Shown here piece after piece: positions 27,200 to 39,417 of a stretch of 64,000 bases of DNA. The position numbers and the translations under genes were made by a program. Origin of the DNA: Basidiobolus meristosporus CBS 931.73 (taxonomy: Eukaryota > Fungi > Basidiobolomycota); NCBI GenBank assembly GCA_002104905.1, contig MCFE01000173.1, forward strand, positions 79,280-143,279, written 5' to 3'. The notes under the pieces were generated by a model. That model searched no databases, was not told the DNA's origin, and saw only the letters and a list, made by a program, of their open reading frames with translations. The first letter of the stretch is position 1, and each line of letters begins with the position of its first letter.

Positions 27200-28280
27200 C
27201 TTTGCACAGTGTCCTGGTGGAATCAATACTTCTTAGTCATGGTACTTAGAATTTGTGATGGTCTTTTGACAGGATCATTGCAACAATCATTCTTAGGGAA
27301 TCCTCTGGAGCAAAAAATACTTAGTGCTTTGCTGTGTTTTGATCTTGAATACTGGTGGTGTTGAGATTAAATATTTGTTTTCATCTGATGTCATTTTTTG
27401 TGAGACTTTGACTTTTCATCCAACAGAATATTGCTGGGCTTGATCAGCCTTTTGGCTTTGGTAATATCAAGTCTTCAAGCCTTACTTCTATGGCAATTGC
27501 TCAAGAATATACATTGCAGACAAACTATTGGCACTTTACTATTTCTAGTACAAAGAGTACTTCTCTGAGGGTAGGTACATTGCTTCCTTCATTGACTCTT
27601 ATGCTTGCTTAGATAGTCCCCTGTCCAACTGCATCAAGTGTTCTGTTGTCTTCCATGAACATCTCTTCAATTGAAATTTCTCAATCTTGAGTAAATGTAC
27701 TTTTGATATGTAAAGTGTTGAGTTGCTCCAGATTCAATATTCCATGTGTTCAAATCCTTATTTGTAGCTACAATGAGTGCAGACACCAATATTCTCTCTT
27801 CATTGGTTGCAGAATTTCTATATTCAGGCCTTTTCTGGTAATTTTTTTTGGTCTGATGTATACCCATTCCTTTTGTAATAGCTACAAGAGCAGTTGCTAT
27901 TCCCTCTGAATGATCTTGAGTACCTCCTATGTGTTGCAATATTCTGAGGAGAATCGGAAGTGATGTGGAGAACTGTAGGATTTACATGCTATTCACTTGT
28001 AGATTTATTGATCAAAAATGTTGTATCTATACTTTTGATAAAGTAGAGCAAACAAACATATAGTGTTTGTTAAGGAAGGTCCTAAGAATATGTGCGCAAA
28101 GCTTGGGGGCTTTTGGACAACTTTGAGAAATATCATAATCTGGATACCTGATATTTTGGTATAAATATTTTTGGTAAATCCCAACTAGAAATTTGGTCAG
28201 GACAGAATGCTATTCAAAGAATAAGATCAATGTGACCAAGTTAGCATGCATATTCATGTGAAAACTTAATAATCTTAACC
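27200..28280 (-). mobile_element. Deleted Copia derivative (LTR, gag/protease piece, post-integrase piece)
   Basis: WNIESGATQH protease motif in ORF 27667-27939. LTR ~27932-28270 is the reverse complement of 11331-11680. Confidence 0.75.
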
Positions 28281-30669
28281 CTCCCACGCAACAAAGTATT
28301 TATAAGTGATAAATATATATTGCAAGTGTGCAATCTGTAATACATGTATAGGACTTAACTGATTTGCATACTGAACTAATATATCATCCAACAGGATATG
28401 ATTGACTGTTCAACTTAATGAAACAAGTTACTTGTTATTCAATGTGCATATCTACTCAATAGTATGCCTCAAAAATCTGACTGTTCTGATTGTTATACTA
28501 ACAATTAAATTTAGTCAGCTGTACATGCTTGAATAATGAGCTGAGCCTAATTGTCTGATTGTAATAATGCTATATAGCCACTGGGCTATCCAATGCTTCT
28601 TATTTGAGCAAAACTGACCCACCTTTGGTCAAGTCATGGTTTTGTCATTTACAGCAGATTGTGAGTTTCTGTATTTCCAGGCAACAGTCTAATTCAATGT
28701 GATAACTTCACTGTATGTCCATATTAGGCTCAGGGACACCTACTTCCATCCTATGGACTCTGAATGAGGTAAAAGAAATGACCTATATTGGGCCAAGTTA
28801 AGGTTTTGTCATTTACGCCTGATCCAGATTATCCTCATTTCCAGGCACTGCAGCACATACAACTTGGCCAAAAAAAGGCTTTTACTCAACTCTGAGCTTG
28901 AATGGCCTGCTCTCACTTGATTCATGCTTGTTTAGTGACTCTGATCCACCGAAAATGATATAGAGTGGGCATAGTGACTTCCTTAAGTAGCAGTAACTTT
29001 CTTTGGATTGATTACTTCATATACAGTAGAATCAAAGTCTTTTGCTTCTTGATTTACCCAGTTTGGTATCAGACAATACCATAGGTTGTTTGGTAGCTAT
29101 TTTTAGAGTGCTTCCATTGACTTAGATTGATACAGCTGCTTTTCTCTTAACTGAATATACATGTAGAGTAGAGATTGGTACTTTTCCAAAAGTGATACTC
29201 TCCTTAACCAGGGCCTTGATTATGCTTAATTCTCCTGATAGTTATGTTCAAACTTGCGCTTGGTTTGCAAGGCTAACTGATCTTCTTGGCATCTTCAGAA
29301 GTAATAAAAAGCTATCTGGTTGATCCTTGCACCTTTTTCTTTCAGCTCCATAGACAGCAGACATCAAGACTTCTGCTTTAAATAATCTGCTCCAATATAT
29401 ACCATAATATCTGAAAGATTCTGTTGAAGTTTCAGGGCTCTTCTGGGGTTTGTGGCATGTGAACTTTGTAAAAGAGGCTCTATGAAGTATATCTGCATTG
29501 CCAGAGAGTCCAAATAGAGCCTACATAGGTTTTGACTCCATTTGGGAAGTACCCTAATTTGAGGTAGTAGAATTTTTGCATTTTGTTCTTTTTTTTCTGC
29601 TGATGACCCAACAAAGTTCCTTTTGTGGGATGGTTCTGTACTTCCTTACAGGTGGAACCACAGTGTGTCTGAGCATATAGGACCTCATGACACCATTGGT
29701 CTGGAATATAAGACTATTTGAGAGTGATAAAATTGAAATTGACATCTACTTAGATCAATTGTATTTTTGATAGAATTAACCAAATTTAATCAAATAAGCT
29801 GTATTTGAAAGCTAGCTTCATTGGTACTTTGGTATCAGATTCAAAGTATCAGTTTTTTGAGTTGCAGTGCTTGGCAGTGACTTGATCAGTCACAATTCTT
29901 CTGATCTGATGCAAAGAATCATTTGTCACCAAGTGTTTTCTTGGACTCTAACAAGAGGTATATATAACAAGTATAAAGTACTATGTTATCTTCTGAGTGG
30001 CTCTTAGCTGTATACTGGCCAACTGTTGCTTGGTTATATACTTCAATCAGGCTTGCAATCATTGCTTCACTCTTTTTGGCCAGTGGTAGAATTTCCTTGA
30101 ATGGATTTTGCTAAATTTGTATAAAACTTTGTTCCACTGATTTGAGACTTAAACTGAGTGAATGCACATCTAACTGCTCCATATTTAGCCCCTGGCTCAT
30201 TGGTTTCAGCATCAAAACACTTGAAACAATTACAGCATTCTTTGAATAGATCTTGTAGCAAGTATCCATACTCCAGGTAGATAAAAATGTATTATATATT
30301 GGTAGGATCCTGACAGTTGAAGGAGCCTCTTTCTGAGATCTCCTTCCATCTATAGGCAGCCCAAAACAGTGGTCAACAGCTCTAGTATTTGTATTCTCAC
30401 TCTGATTTTGAGTGGCAACAAGTTTGGTGAAATCTTCCTCTGGCAACCATTCAAGAATCATCAATTTTTTTGCAATTCAGGATAATATCCTATTCAAAAG
30501 CTTGTCTAACAGTCAATTGATGTCATTTGAATACATATAGCACTTTAATTCAATGTAAATTTGGACCCTCAATTGCTGATATAATGCAATTTTCTTCAGT
30601 AATGGTTGAGCCTCAGTATACTATATTTCTTGACATATTTATATGCCAGCTTGATGAGCTCTCCTTCTT

Positions 30670-32220
30670 AACTAGCTAGAGTAGTTACTGAATGGGTCTT
30701 TTGAAGGCAATGCCTTCTTCTCCACAGCAATATCCTCATAAACATGGTCCTTTGAGCAGCAGTAGTCATCTTTAACATTGGCAGAGCAATAGTGTGGAAA
30801 GTCTTCCTGCAGACTGCAGAATTTTGCAAGAGTCTTGGAGATATTGATAGTGATTGGGAGGACAAGTAGATTTTGTGGCTTTCACTGAATGATATATTGA
30901 ACGCAAAAGTAGTGTTTAAACTTTTGTATGGTCTTGACATAGCAAACATGTAGAATAGATTTAGAAAGATCCCAAGAACATGTGTGCAGAGCTTGGGGCT
31001 ATTTGGACAGCTTTGAGAATTCTCATATTCTGGGTACCTGATATTTTTGCAAAAATATTCCAAGTAAATCTAGACAAGAAATTTGGTCAGTATTCTCTAG
31101 GATTTGAAGGTAATGATCTAAGTGACTAAGTTAGGTGAGTATTTAGGTGGAATTACAGATTTTTATGACACAGAAAAGGATCCAAAGTGAAGCAGACACC
31201 TAGGGAACAACAAGCTTGGGGCTCATAGCCTGTTGTAATATTCTGAGAAGTATTGGAAGTGATGCGGAGAACTAGAAGATTTACATGCTATACACTTGTA
31301 GATTTATTGATCAAAAATGTGGTATTTATACTTTTGATAAAGTGGAGCAAACAAACATGTAGAGCTTGTTAAGAAAGGGCCTAAGAGTATGTGTGCAAAG
31401 TTTGGGGGCTTTTGGACAACTCTGAGAAAGAGCATAATCCAGGTATCTGATAATTGGGTGAAAATATTCCAAGTTCCAACAAGAAATATGGTCAGGACAG
31501 AATGCTACTCAAAGAATAAGATCTATGTGACCAAGATAGCATGAATATTTAGGTGACAACTTAATAATTATAACACTATGGTGGCTGTCACTGTCTATCA
31601 AAGTATTTTCTTCTTCCCTCCTATAAGTGGTTGATTTTCTTGATTTCTCATCGAGCAGCCCTCCACATGCATACTTTGTTCTTTCTTCTGGCACTTTAAG
31701 ACTTCTTCTCCTAAACTTTTAGGAGGGCATTCTTCTCCCACCACAACATCCCAAAGACCGCTTTCCTATAGCAGCATCTTCATCTTCACCATCCAGACTT
31801 GACAGTGAGATCCATCCAACATTTCAGCAGAGGGGAGAATTCCACAGAGTGACAGCACAGGGATCATAGCCTGCGGTAAGAGTTATGGAGATGTTGGAAG
31901 GGATCGGGAGAACAAGTGGATTATGTGGTTTTCACTTGGTGATTTATTCAATGTGAAAGTGATATTTGAACTTCCACATGGTCTTGGCAAAACAAACGTG
32001 GGCAATATGTTTGGGAAGGTCCCAAGGGCATGCGTGCGAAGCTTGGGGCAGTTTGGACAACCCGACAAAATTCCATGTTCTGGGTAGCTGAGATTTTGGT
32101 GAAAAGATTCCAGGTAAATCCCGACCAGGAGTTTGCTCGGAATTCTCAAAGATCTGTAGGGAATGATCCAAGTGACCAAGTTGGGTGAATATTTAGGTGC
32201 AATTACGAGTTTTTACACCA
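30670..32220 (-). mobile_element. Cluster of three Copia LTRs with PBS and gag-start fragments
   Basis: LTRs at ~30818-31172, 31231-31570 and 31872-32220. PBS-like GGCTATGAGCCC / GGCTATGATCCC. The gag start matches 11710-11900. Confidence 0.8.
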
Positions 32221-32850
32221 GATTTCTGGGCGGCTATTTGATGCGTGTTGGGCGTCCCAGAGTCCCGAGATGCATTGCATTTGGCATGTGCCCATACTGT
32301 ACCTCCAATGGGGTAGAATCACCCAGTACAATGTTGAACCATCGCTACCCGATATGCCTGCTACAGCTCCAGGCCAATATATATTAGGGTGATGATTGAT
32401 CATGGATACTGTTGCATCCATTGCTGACCGGTTGGCCCACATTCTGAGGCACTATTTCGCAATGGAGAATACATCAGAGCAGCCGCAGAGGACATGTGAT
32501 ATCCACCTCTGAGTTAGGTTGCAGGATAGAGCCTATATCGATGGCTCCAGCAGCATCCCTGGACTGCCCCCCATAATAACACTGGCCACACTTTTACAAG
32601 GCTGTATACCAAGTGTGTACACTTTATTGGTAGGGGACGGGGACGGGGATGAGGATGAGGATGAGGATGAGCATGGTGGAAGACACCACTGATCCAAGGA
32701 CTAGCCCATAAATGATTGGTTGAATATGTAACAAGCAGCGAAAGCCTCGAGCAATATTCTTCTTGGAGTGAGGCATGGATCACCGCCACTGTAGGGGTCT
32801 ATAAGGGGGAGGGGAGGAGAGGGAGGGGATGGTACGTAACAATAGATCAA

Positions 32851-35800
32851 CTAAAGGAAGAACCCAGCACCAGTGTCAATTTCAGGCTTCGGCTCGGGCG
32901 AGGGGACGTCGTTGGGAGTCTTGGATAGCTCGACATCTAGGATCAACTGTCAGCAATAGCCGGGAGCACCGAGGAAACCCTACACCACACTTACCATCCA
33001 TCTCTTCCTCGAATCTCTCCTGTATGAACGTGGGCTCTGGTTAGCTTCTCGTGCAAATGACATGCCAACCCATTGATGCGTTACCTCCTCCGGGTCGTTC
33101 CCGTATTCCTCTTTCAGCCGGTGGTGGATTCTCAACCCGGTGATCAGCTTCCTCCATTTGGCAAGCGCCGCCATCTCCAGCTTCGTGAACTCCTTCTCTT
33201 GTCGATTCCGCTCGAACTCCTCGTACGCCTAGTGGGATGGTTCGTCAGTGGCGTACCGATTGCCTCGGCTCCGATGCGTCACCCTACCTCCATGATGATC
33301 TCCTTGGATTCCACCGGGACAACAATCCCCTTGACAACCGGAATACACCTTCGGCAGTGGAATTCGAATCCGACCACCGCCTCCGCATAATCCACCTCCA
33401 GTTTTTTGGCTATCCTCGCGATACCTTTGACTTTGACCGGGATGACGGTTAGAATGGTTCCGGTAGTCGACTCCGGTCTCACTTACATGGAAGATGCACG
33501 GCGCCCTCCGGCAGCATGCTGTCCTTGTACAAATCGATGTTCCCGAACTTGTTTTTCGGGATTTTGCCCTACGGTAGAGATGTGAGTATTCTAGCGCACG
33601 CAACCTGTTTGGCGAGTGGCACTTCCACTTACATCGACCACTGGAGGTGGCCTGTATTCTTCGGTTTGCCAGATTCCGTACAGTGCCGATTGCGGGTCAA
33701 CAGCCTCCCCGGAATCCATGGCCATCATGTTATGCATGCGCTGCTTATTGATGGTTACCACTCTTGCTTTGACGTACTTGACAGGCTCTTCGCCAGGCTA
33801 AGCAGCCATGATTAGTTGGGGGATTCTAGTTAGGGAAGCAAGGGGCTGGCTCACCTTCACCGTACGCCCCTCTTTCAACCAGGTTTCCGTGGTATGAGTC
33901 TAAAAAAAGGATTGTCTAGTACACGTCAGCGGCTAGCATTGCTGGGCGATCAATACCTCCTTGACGCAGCTTCTGGGATATATCGGCTCGCCACGAATAT
34001 GTCCGATAACCGGCCCTTGGGGATGCAGTACTTCGAACTTCTTTAAATGCCGCTCAAGCACATATAGCGGGTGGTTGTTGAATGCCGCTATGGAGGTAGG
34101 CATTGCCTCGGATACCTCGCATGAGAGCAACTCGGCATCTTCGAGCTCATCTGCTTGCTATATCCGTAGGGGGTGTGAGTAGGCGTGCTGGAGAGCGCAT
34201 ATCGTTGTCAAGCGCTTACACTCTTGTATCGACGGGCATAGAACGACAAGGTCTCCCCCCACCAGTCATACCCATCCTTAGCCACTGGCACTCGGAGCTT
34301 CTTGGTCTTCGCGCCCCATTGTCGGGTGTACCGTCTTGTCACATCTTTTATGCATCCATCTAGAGTTCGAAATCATGGAAATTCAGATACGGAGCTTCTT
34401 CTGGACGCATGAGCCTGCTTACCAGCTTCATATGCCACCACATAAGCCAGACTGTACGGGTTGTCGGCGGAGGGCTCCATCTCAGCAACCTTGCTTACCA
34501 GCCCACGAACACAATCCACAGAGACCCATTTGTTGTTGTACGGCGAAAGGATCTCGGCCCAGAACAACGGTGGCTCTCCCTCGGCTTTGGTTTCAAGGCG
34601 GTGAGTTAGACGCTACCAGTGATTCATGAGGAGTGAACCCCGACCCACCTTCTCGTTTCTGACCAAAATATTTACTCTTGCTGGCAGTGACTTCCTCTTT
34701 GATGGTTTTCATGACGCCGCTTTCCACATCGGCGACTCCACTCCTTTGTTTGCCTCTACGTCGCGCGGATTTCTTGGTTGTCTTGGGAGAAGAAGCGCTA
34801 CTGGATACATCCGAGTTGCCATTCTTGGAAGAGCTTGTTGGAGCTTTCAAGGGTGCAGGCTGGAGAGAGATGACCAGTCTGGCCGTCAAGCCAACAGCAC
34901 GACACAACGCTACAAACAATTGGGTTGACACCTCAGCGCTTCCACGGGGATAATTGAGAGAGTTAGTCAAGTGTTGCAAATTCATGGAGTCCGCGACTTC
35001 CTCGGATTCAACCTAAAACTGTAATCAGCATCGTACAAACTGGAACTGGCAAGCTCGGTGTGTACGTACAACCTCCTCCTGATCAGTCGTTTGGCATTCG
35101 CTGCCAATCACTTCAAAATAGGCGTACCACCAGGAGGCTAGCTTCTCGATGGCAATCAGGAATCGGCTGTTCTTCACGGTTGCTGTGTCCTTCCGGGTCT
35201 CTAGACTGAGCGATGCGTATATCTTCTTCGGCAGAGTTGAAAGGGTCAGGGCGCGCAACTCGGAATTGTTACAGATGTTGTTGCGGTAAATCCCATTCGC
35301 CAATAGACACAGCAGATGCGCCTTGTGTGTCTCCAGGCGGATTAGACGTTCCATTTTGGACAAGCCTGAGGATTTCGCCCTGGTTTCGAAGGTTCCGTGA
35401 GACCGAGTACATGGCTGACCAGGAAACGGATATTGATACCAACCTTGGTTTGACCTTCGGAGTGTCCAACGTAATGGTCAATGTTTTGAATTTCGTCTCT
35501 TCATAAGGCTCGTCGGCGGAGACTTGACTCTCTAGAAAAATCAAATGTGAGTTATCTAAGCCACTAGCATCACAATCTCTCCTTCTGTGCTAACCAGCAA
35601 CTGTGGACGATTTTTCACTGCCGTTTCCTGGCACTGCAACCTCCTCCCAGTCTTCCTCCTCCTCGCTTTCTTCATCACTTTCATGTCGTTCTGGCTTTTC
35701 CTCTTCAATGGTAGGGAAATCCGTCGACTTGGCTGCTGGCACTTGTTCAGCAGATGCAGTGAGCCGATGGGCAGTGCCATCATCTGCGCGCTCAGCAATG

Positions 35801-37113
35801 TCCAACGAGGGATTTTCGGATTTGATGACCGATTTTCCAAGGATCTTACGAGGCATTGGCCCACCCGGTGAGTCCTCGAAGAATTTCGATGTGATTATCG
35901 CAGGCGACTTTTCTATTTTCAAGATCTGCGGTTCGTCTGTTGCATCTAGAGACTCCGCTTGCTGGGCAATTGCGGGTTTTCCAACTTCCTCGTTCGATTG
36001 GTCGATTGATTTATGGCTGCTAGTGAGCTCATTCCGAGCATTCGAATGAATGGATTTCGACTGCAAATCCAAGCCCTGTGTATCATCCACCTGTTTCTCA
36101 GCAGCCTCTGCATGAGAATTCACCCTATCTATATCAACTGAGAAACGCGATTGGGTGTTTTTTTGTTTCTTTTTGGCTGATGGTTCTTCTCTGTTTACTG
36201 GATGCACGTTGCTCCGTTTACGAACGATGGCATCATGCTTCTCGGCTGTCTCAGGCTCAGATTCTAATTGTGGGTTCAAGTCTAGCTCTAAATCAAATGT
36301 TTCCTCCGGATCTGATTCCAACATGGCTGGCATCGGTGGTGGACTAGGAGGCATTTCAATGCGTAGCTTATGTCTACAAGGGCTAGCTTCATTTTGAATA
36401 TCAATAAACCCATCAGATACATCGTCATCAGTCGCCGGGAGCGTTTTAGTAGGAGTTCTTCGCTTCTTTGGTGTGACACTAGACGACTGGCCTTTGGAAG
36501 GCATTCCTCTTTTTCGAGGGGTCGATTTTGGAAGAGGCTCAAAGTCACTGAGATCAGAACCAAGCAAGGAATCTTCAGAGAATTCCGAGGCTTCTGAATA
36601 TTCGGAGGTCTCTTTGGAATTCGCCTTCAGCTGCTTTTCTTTCTGAGGCGATTGTTTTTTTGCTGAGCGGGAGGTTACTTTCGAAGCACGATTCGACTTT
36701 CTAGCGGGTGCTCTGTCGTTGCTCTCCTCGATAGCCTCATGGCTGTTATTCGGTTTGGTTAAACTCTGCTCCGAGGAGATGATTTCACGGTCGCTTAGTA
36801 CTACATCTGAGGAGGCAGCGTTGGTTGCGGTTGCCTTTTGCTTCTTTGGCTGTTTGCGTTTGGGGGTCGGGGTTTTTTTAGTCGGAGTGTTTTTGGAAGG
36901 AGAAGGAGCACTCTCGATCTTGGCACGGGTTTGACTGCGTAATTGCATCACGAGTACACACAGTGCTGTGCTCACTCGGTTTCTCTGGTAAGCTTTGAGT
37001 AGCGAGGAAACGGTCTACAGGCCACCACCAATTGTAACAATAAAAGGCTAGTGCTTGTTTGCCTCCCTTAACAAGTGATCAACGTCACAATCTGAAGTTT
37101 TTTTTAGATTCAT
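32851..37113 (-). CDS. RAD4: Rad4/XPC DNA damage recognition protein (multi-exon; the start codon and 5' exons are tentative)
   Basis: Transglutaminase-like RGSAEVSTQLFVALCRAVGLTARLVISLQP and FWAEI, BHD regions HPLYVLERHLKK, PKNKFGNIDLY and AEAVVGFEF, and C-terminal ALAKWRKLITGLRI...GAGFFL*. GT-AG introns join the ORF-track pieces. Long acidic/disordered N-terminus. Confidence 0.92.
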
Positions 37114-38629
37114 GAAACCAATCTTTTCTTCCCGATCTGCACTCGCCAATCGCCTCGGTGATCATCACCATGGCTGCGCCGCATCCACTGACTGCGAACA
37201 TCAATCATGCGCCTGGTGATTGTGATTCCTGGGCAACACATGAAACCTCTGGCCATCAGGCAGGCGCTGGTATTCAGACCATCGATCGGCATGAAAAAAT
37301 GGACGCTCACCCTTCCCAGCAGTCTCAGCACCATTCTTCTCAGGCAGTAGTCGACGTTTGCTTACATTGTGTACTGGTAATTATGGCATCACGAACAGAC
37401 GGACAACTATCATCTGGCATTTGGCGCAACCGGTGGCCCGTTTAAACGGCGCAGGCCATGTGAAGGGACTGGAGCTCTGGTCGGCGGGAATTCGATTCCA
37501 TTACGGTGGGATTCGTATCTCGCAGATCGATTTGCCATAATGGCTTGATGAGTGATTATTGAGCAGAAAGATATTACATGTACATTGTATTGGTGGCAGA
37601 TGCAATGGGCCTTGGAAAATCAATTGAGCCCGCGCTTGAATATTATCCTATACACCTGCTGGCAGTTGACGCTTTCCTGCCATGACAGGTTAACCGTTGC
37701 TTCATACCAACTGGCGCTCTGCTTCCCCAGAGAGAGCATGCACACGTGAAACGTTTCTGAGGAGCAGTGCTCATAGCATGGTCTTTGGATACTCCGCACA
37801 TCAAGACCACCCCCTTCCCCACCGTCGTAGGCATCCAATCAGGAAGCGATAGGCCAGTCACTTCTCAGTACACTGACTGAAGTATGGGTGGTTTGGTTGC
37901 CTGAGGCGCAAATAATAGTTGGTGGTACATCACACAAATGTGCATTTAACTTTTGCGTATTTTTGTCCAATTGGTCAAATGAGTAGCAGAGCTTTTGGGC
38001 CAGTTGCAGCATATTCTTTGCATTGTGGGGTTATTCCCGGTTCTTTCCCAAATCCCATCTGTCATATTATCGGGATCAGAGCAGAATTCCCCAATTCTCC
38101 ACGGGAAACCCTGTCGGGAAAATATGGTGAAACGTGGCTCGACCTATATCGGAAATTGATGCAGCAGTGGGATTCTACATATAATGTCGCTCAAATTCAA
38201 TATGCTAACCTGATAATTCCGATGGATGTGCCAGCTTTTAATACGAAGATGATTGAAATTTGAGTGATGTAAGAGATTAATAGTCCATCGTTCCAGATTC
38301 CCACCAATGATGTAGAGGATTCAGACAAAACAATGAATTTCCGATTCATCATTTGTTTACATGCATATAAGCGGATCTGTGAAGTGAGCCGTTTCAGCTT
38401 TGCAAACAATCATTTTCCCTTGCACCTTTCAAATAGATTTCTGCCATCTTGGACTTTTCAAAGCCGTTTGCAACCATTGTTTAATAATATTCATTGATTT
38501 CATACACGTAACCTACGGGGACATCCATTTTATCCTAGTATATTAATTCCCTCCGTTCAGTCTTGCTTCAACATCGCTTTGCACATCTTGGTCTAGGTCC
38601 ACATTCATTTGCTGGTTTCATAGTGCAAG

Positions 38630-39417
38630 ATGACTTATCTTCGCAGAAAGTTAGTTATTGTGGGGGATGGTGCTTGTGGGAAAACATGCCTTCTTATGGT
38701 GTATGCCAAAAACGAATTCCCTGCGGTATATACTCTGTTCGTTTCCTGTGGAGACCTTGGAAACCTCGCTAACTGTGCCTCTTTTGCTCACTTCCTTAGA
38801 CCTACGCACCCACCGTCTTCGAAAACTACGTTGCTCGTGTTCAGGTCAACCGGAAAGTCATAGATTTATCTCTGTGGGATACTGCAGGCCAAGAAGAATA
38901 TGACCGTCTCCGCCCACTCTCCTACCCAGAAACTCATGTTGTTTTATTGGCATTTGGCATTGACAACCCAATATCTCTTAGTAATATCGCCGAAAGAGTA
39001 TGTTTCTGCCCAAGCTCACTAGTCAAACTGTTCACTGACCTGGCTCTTCTTTTGCACCGAATTCCAGTGGCATCCAGAAATCGAACACTTTCTAAAGAAC
39101 GTCCCATTCTTTTTGATTGGGTGTAAGCAGGATCTTCGTCAGGATTCCGCGACCATCGCAAGCCTCGCTAGACGAGGAATGGTCCCTGTCACATACCAAG
39201 AGGTACTAGTGTTGTCAGATAAACTGGCCCAATTGCACCATCGTAATGAATCTTCCGGATCTAGGGGGAAACCATGGCACGCCAAATCCAAGCCCGACGT
39301 TACTTGGAGTGCTCAGCCAAGCTTGGCATCGGTGTTGAGGAAGTTTTCGAGGTCGCTGCGCGAGCCGCCATCAGCCTTGGCACCAAAAAGGTCATGCGCA
39401 GCTGCCTAGTGTTGTAA
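38630..39417 (+). CDS. Rho-family small GTPase (Rho1/Rho2-like), 4 exons
   Basis: Spliced translation has [44 protein letters not shown] and a C-terminal CAAX box CLVL*. Confidence 0.95.

Noticed and set aside
32635-32672. (GGGGAC)/(GAGGAT) microsatellite in a His/Pro-repeat ORF
   Set aside because: A simple repeat downstream of RAD4 with no support for coding function.
37919-38263. 114-aa ORF upstream of the Rho gene
   Set aside because: No recognisable domain or confident splice structure.
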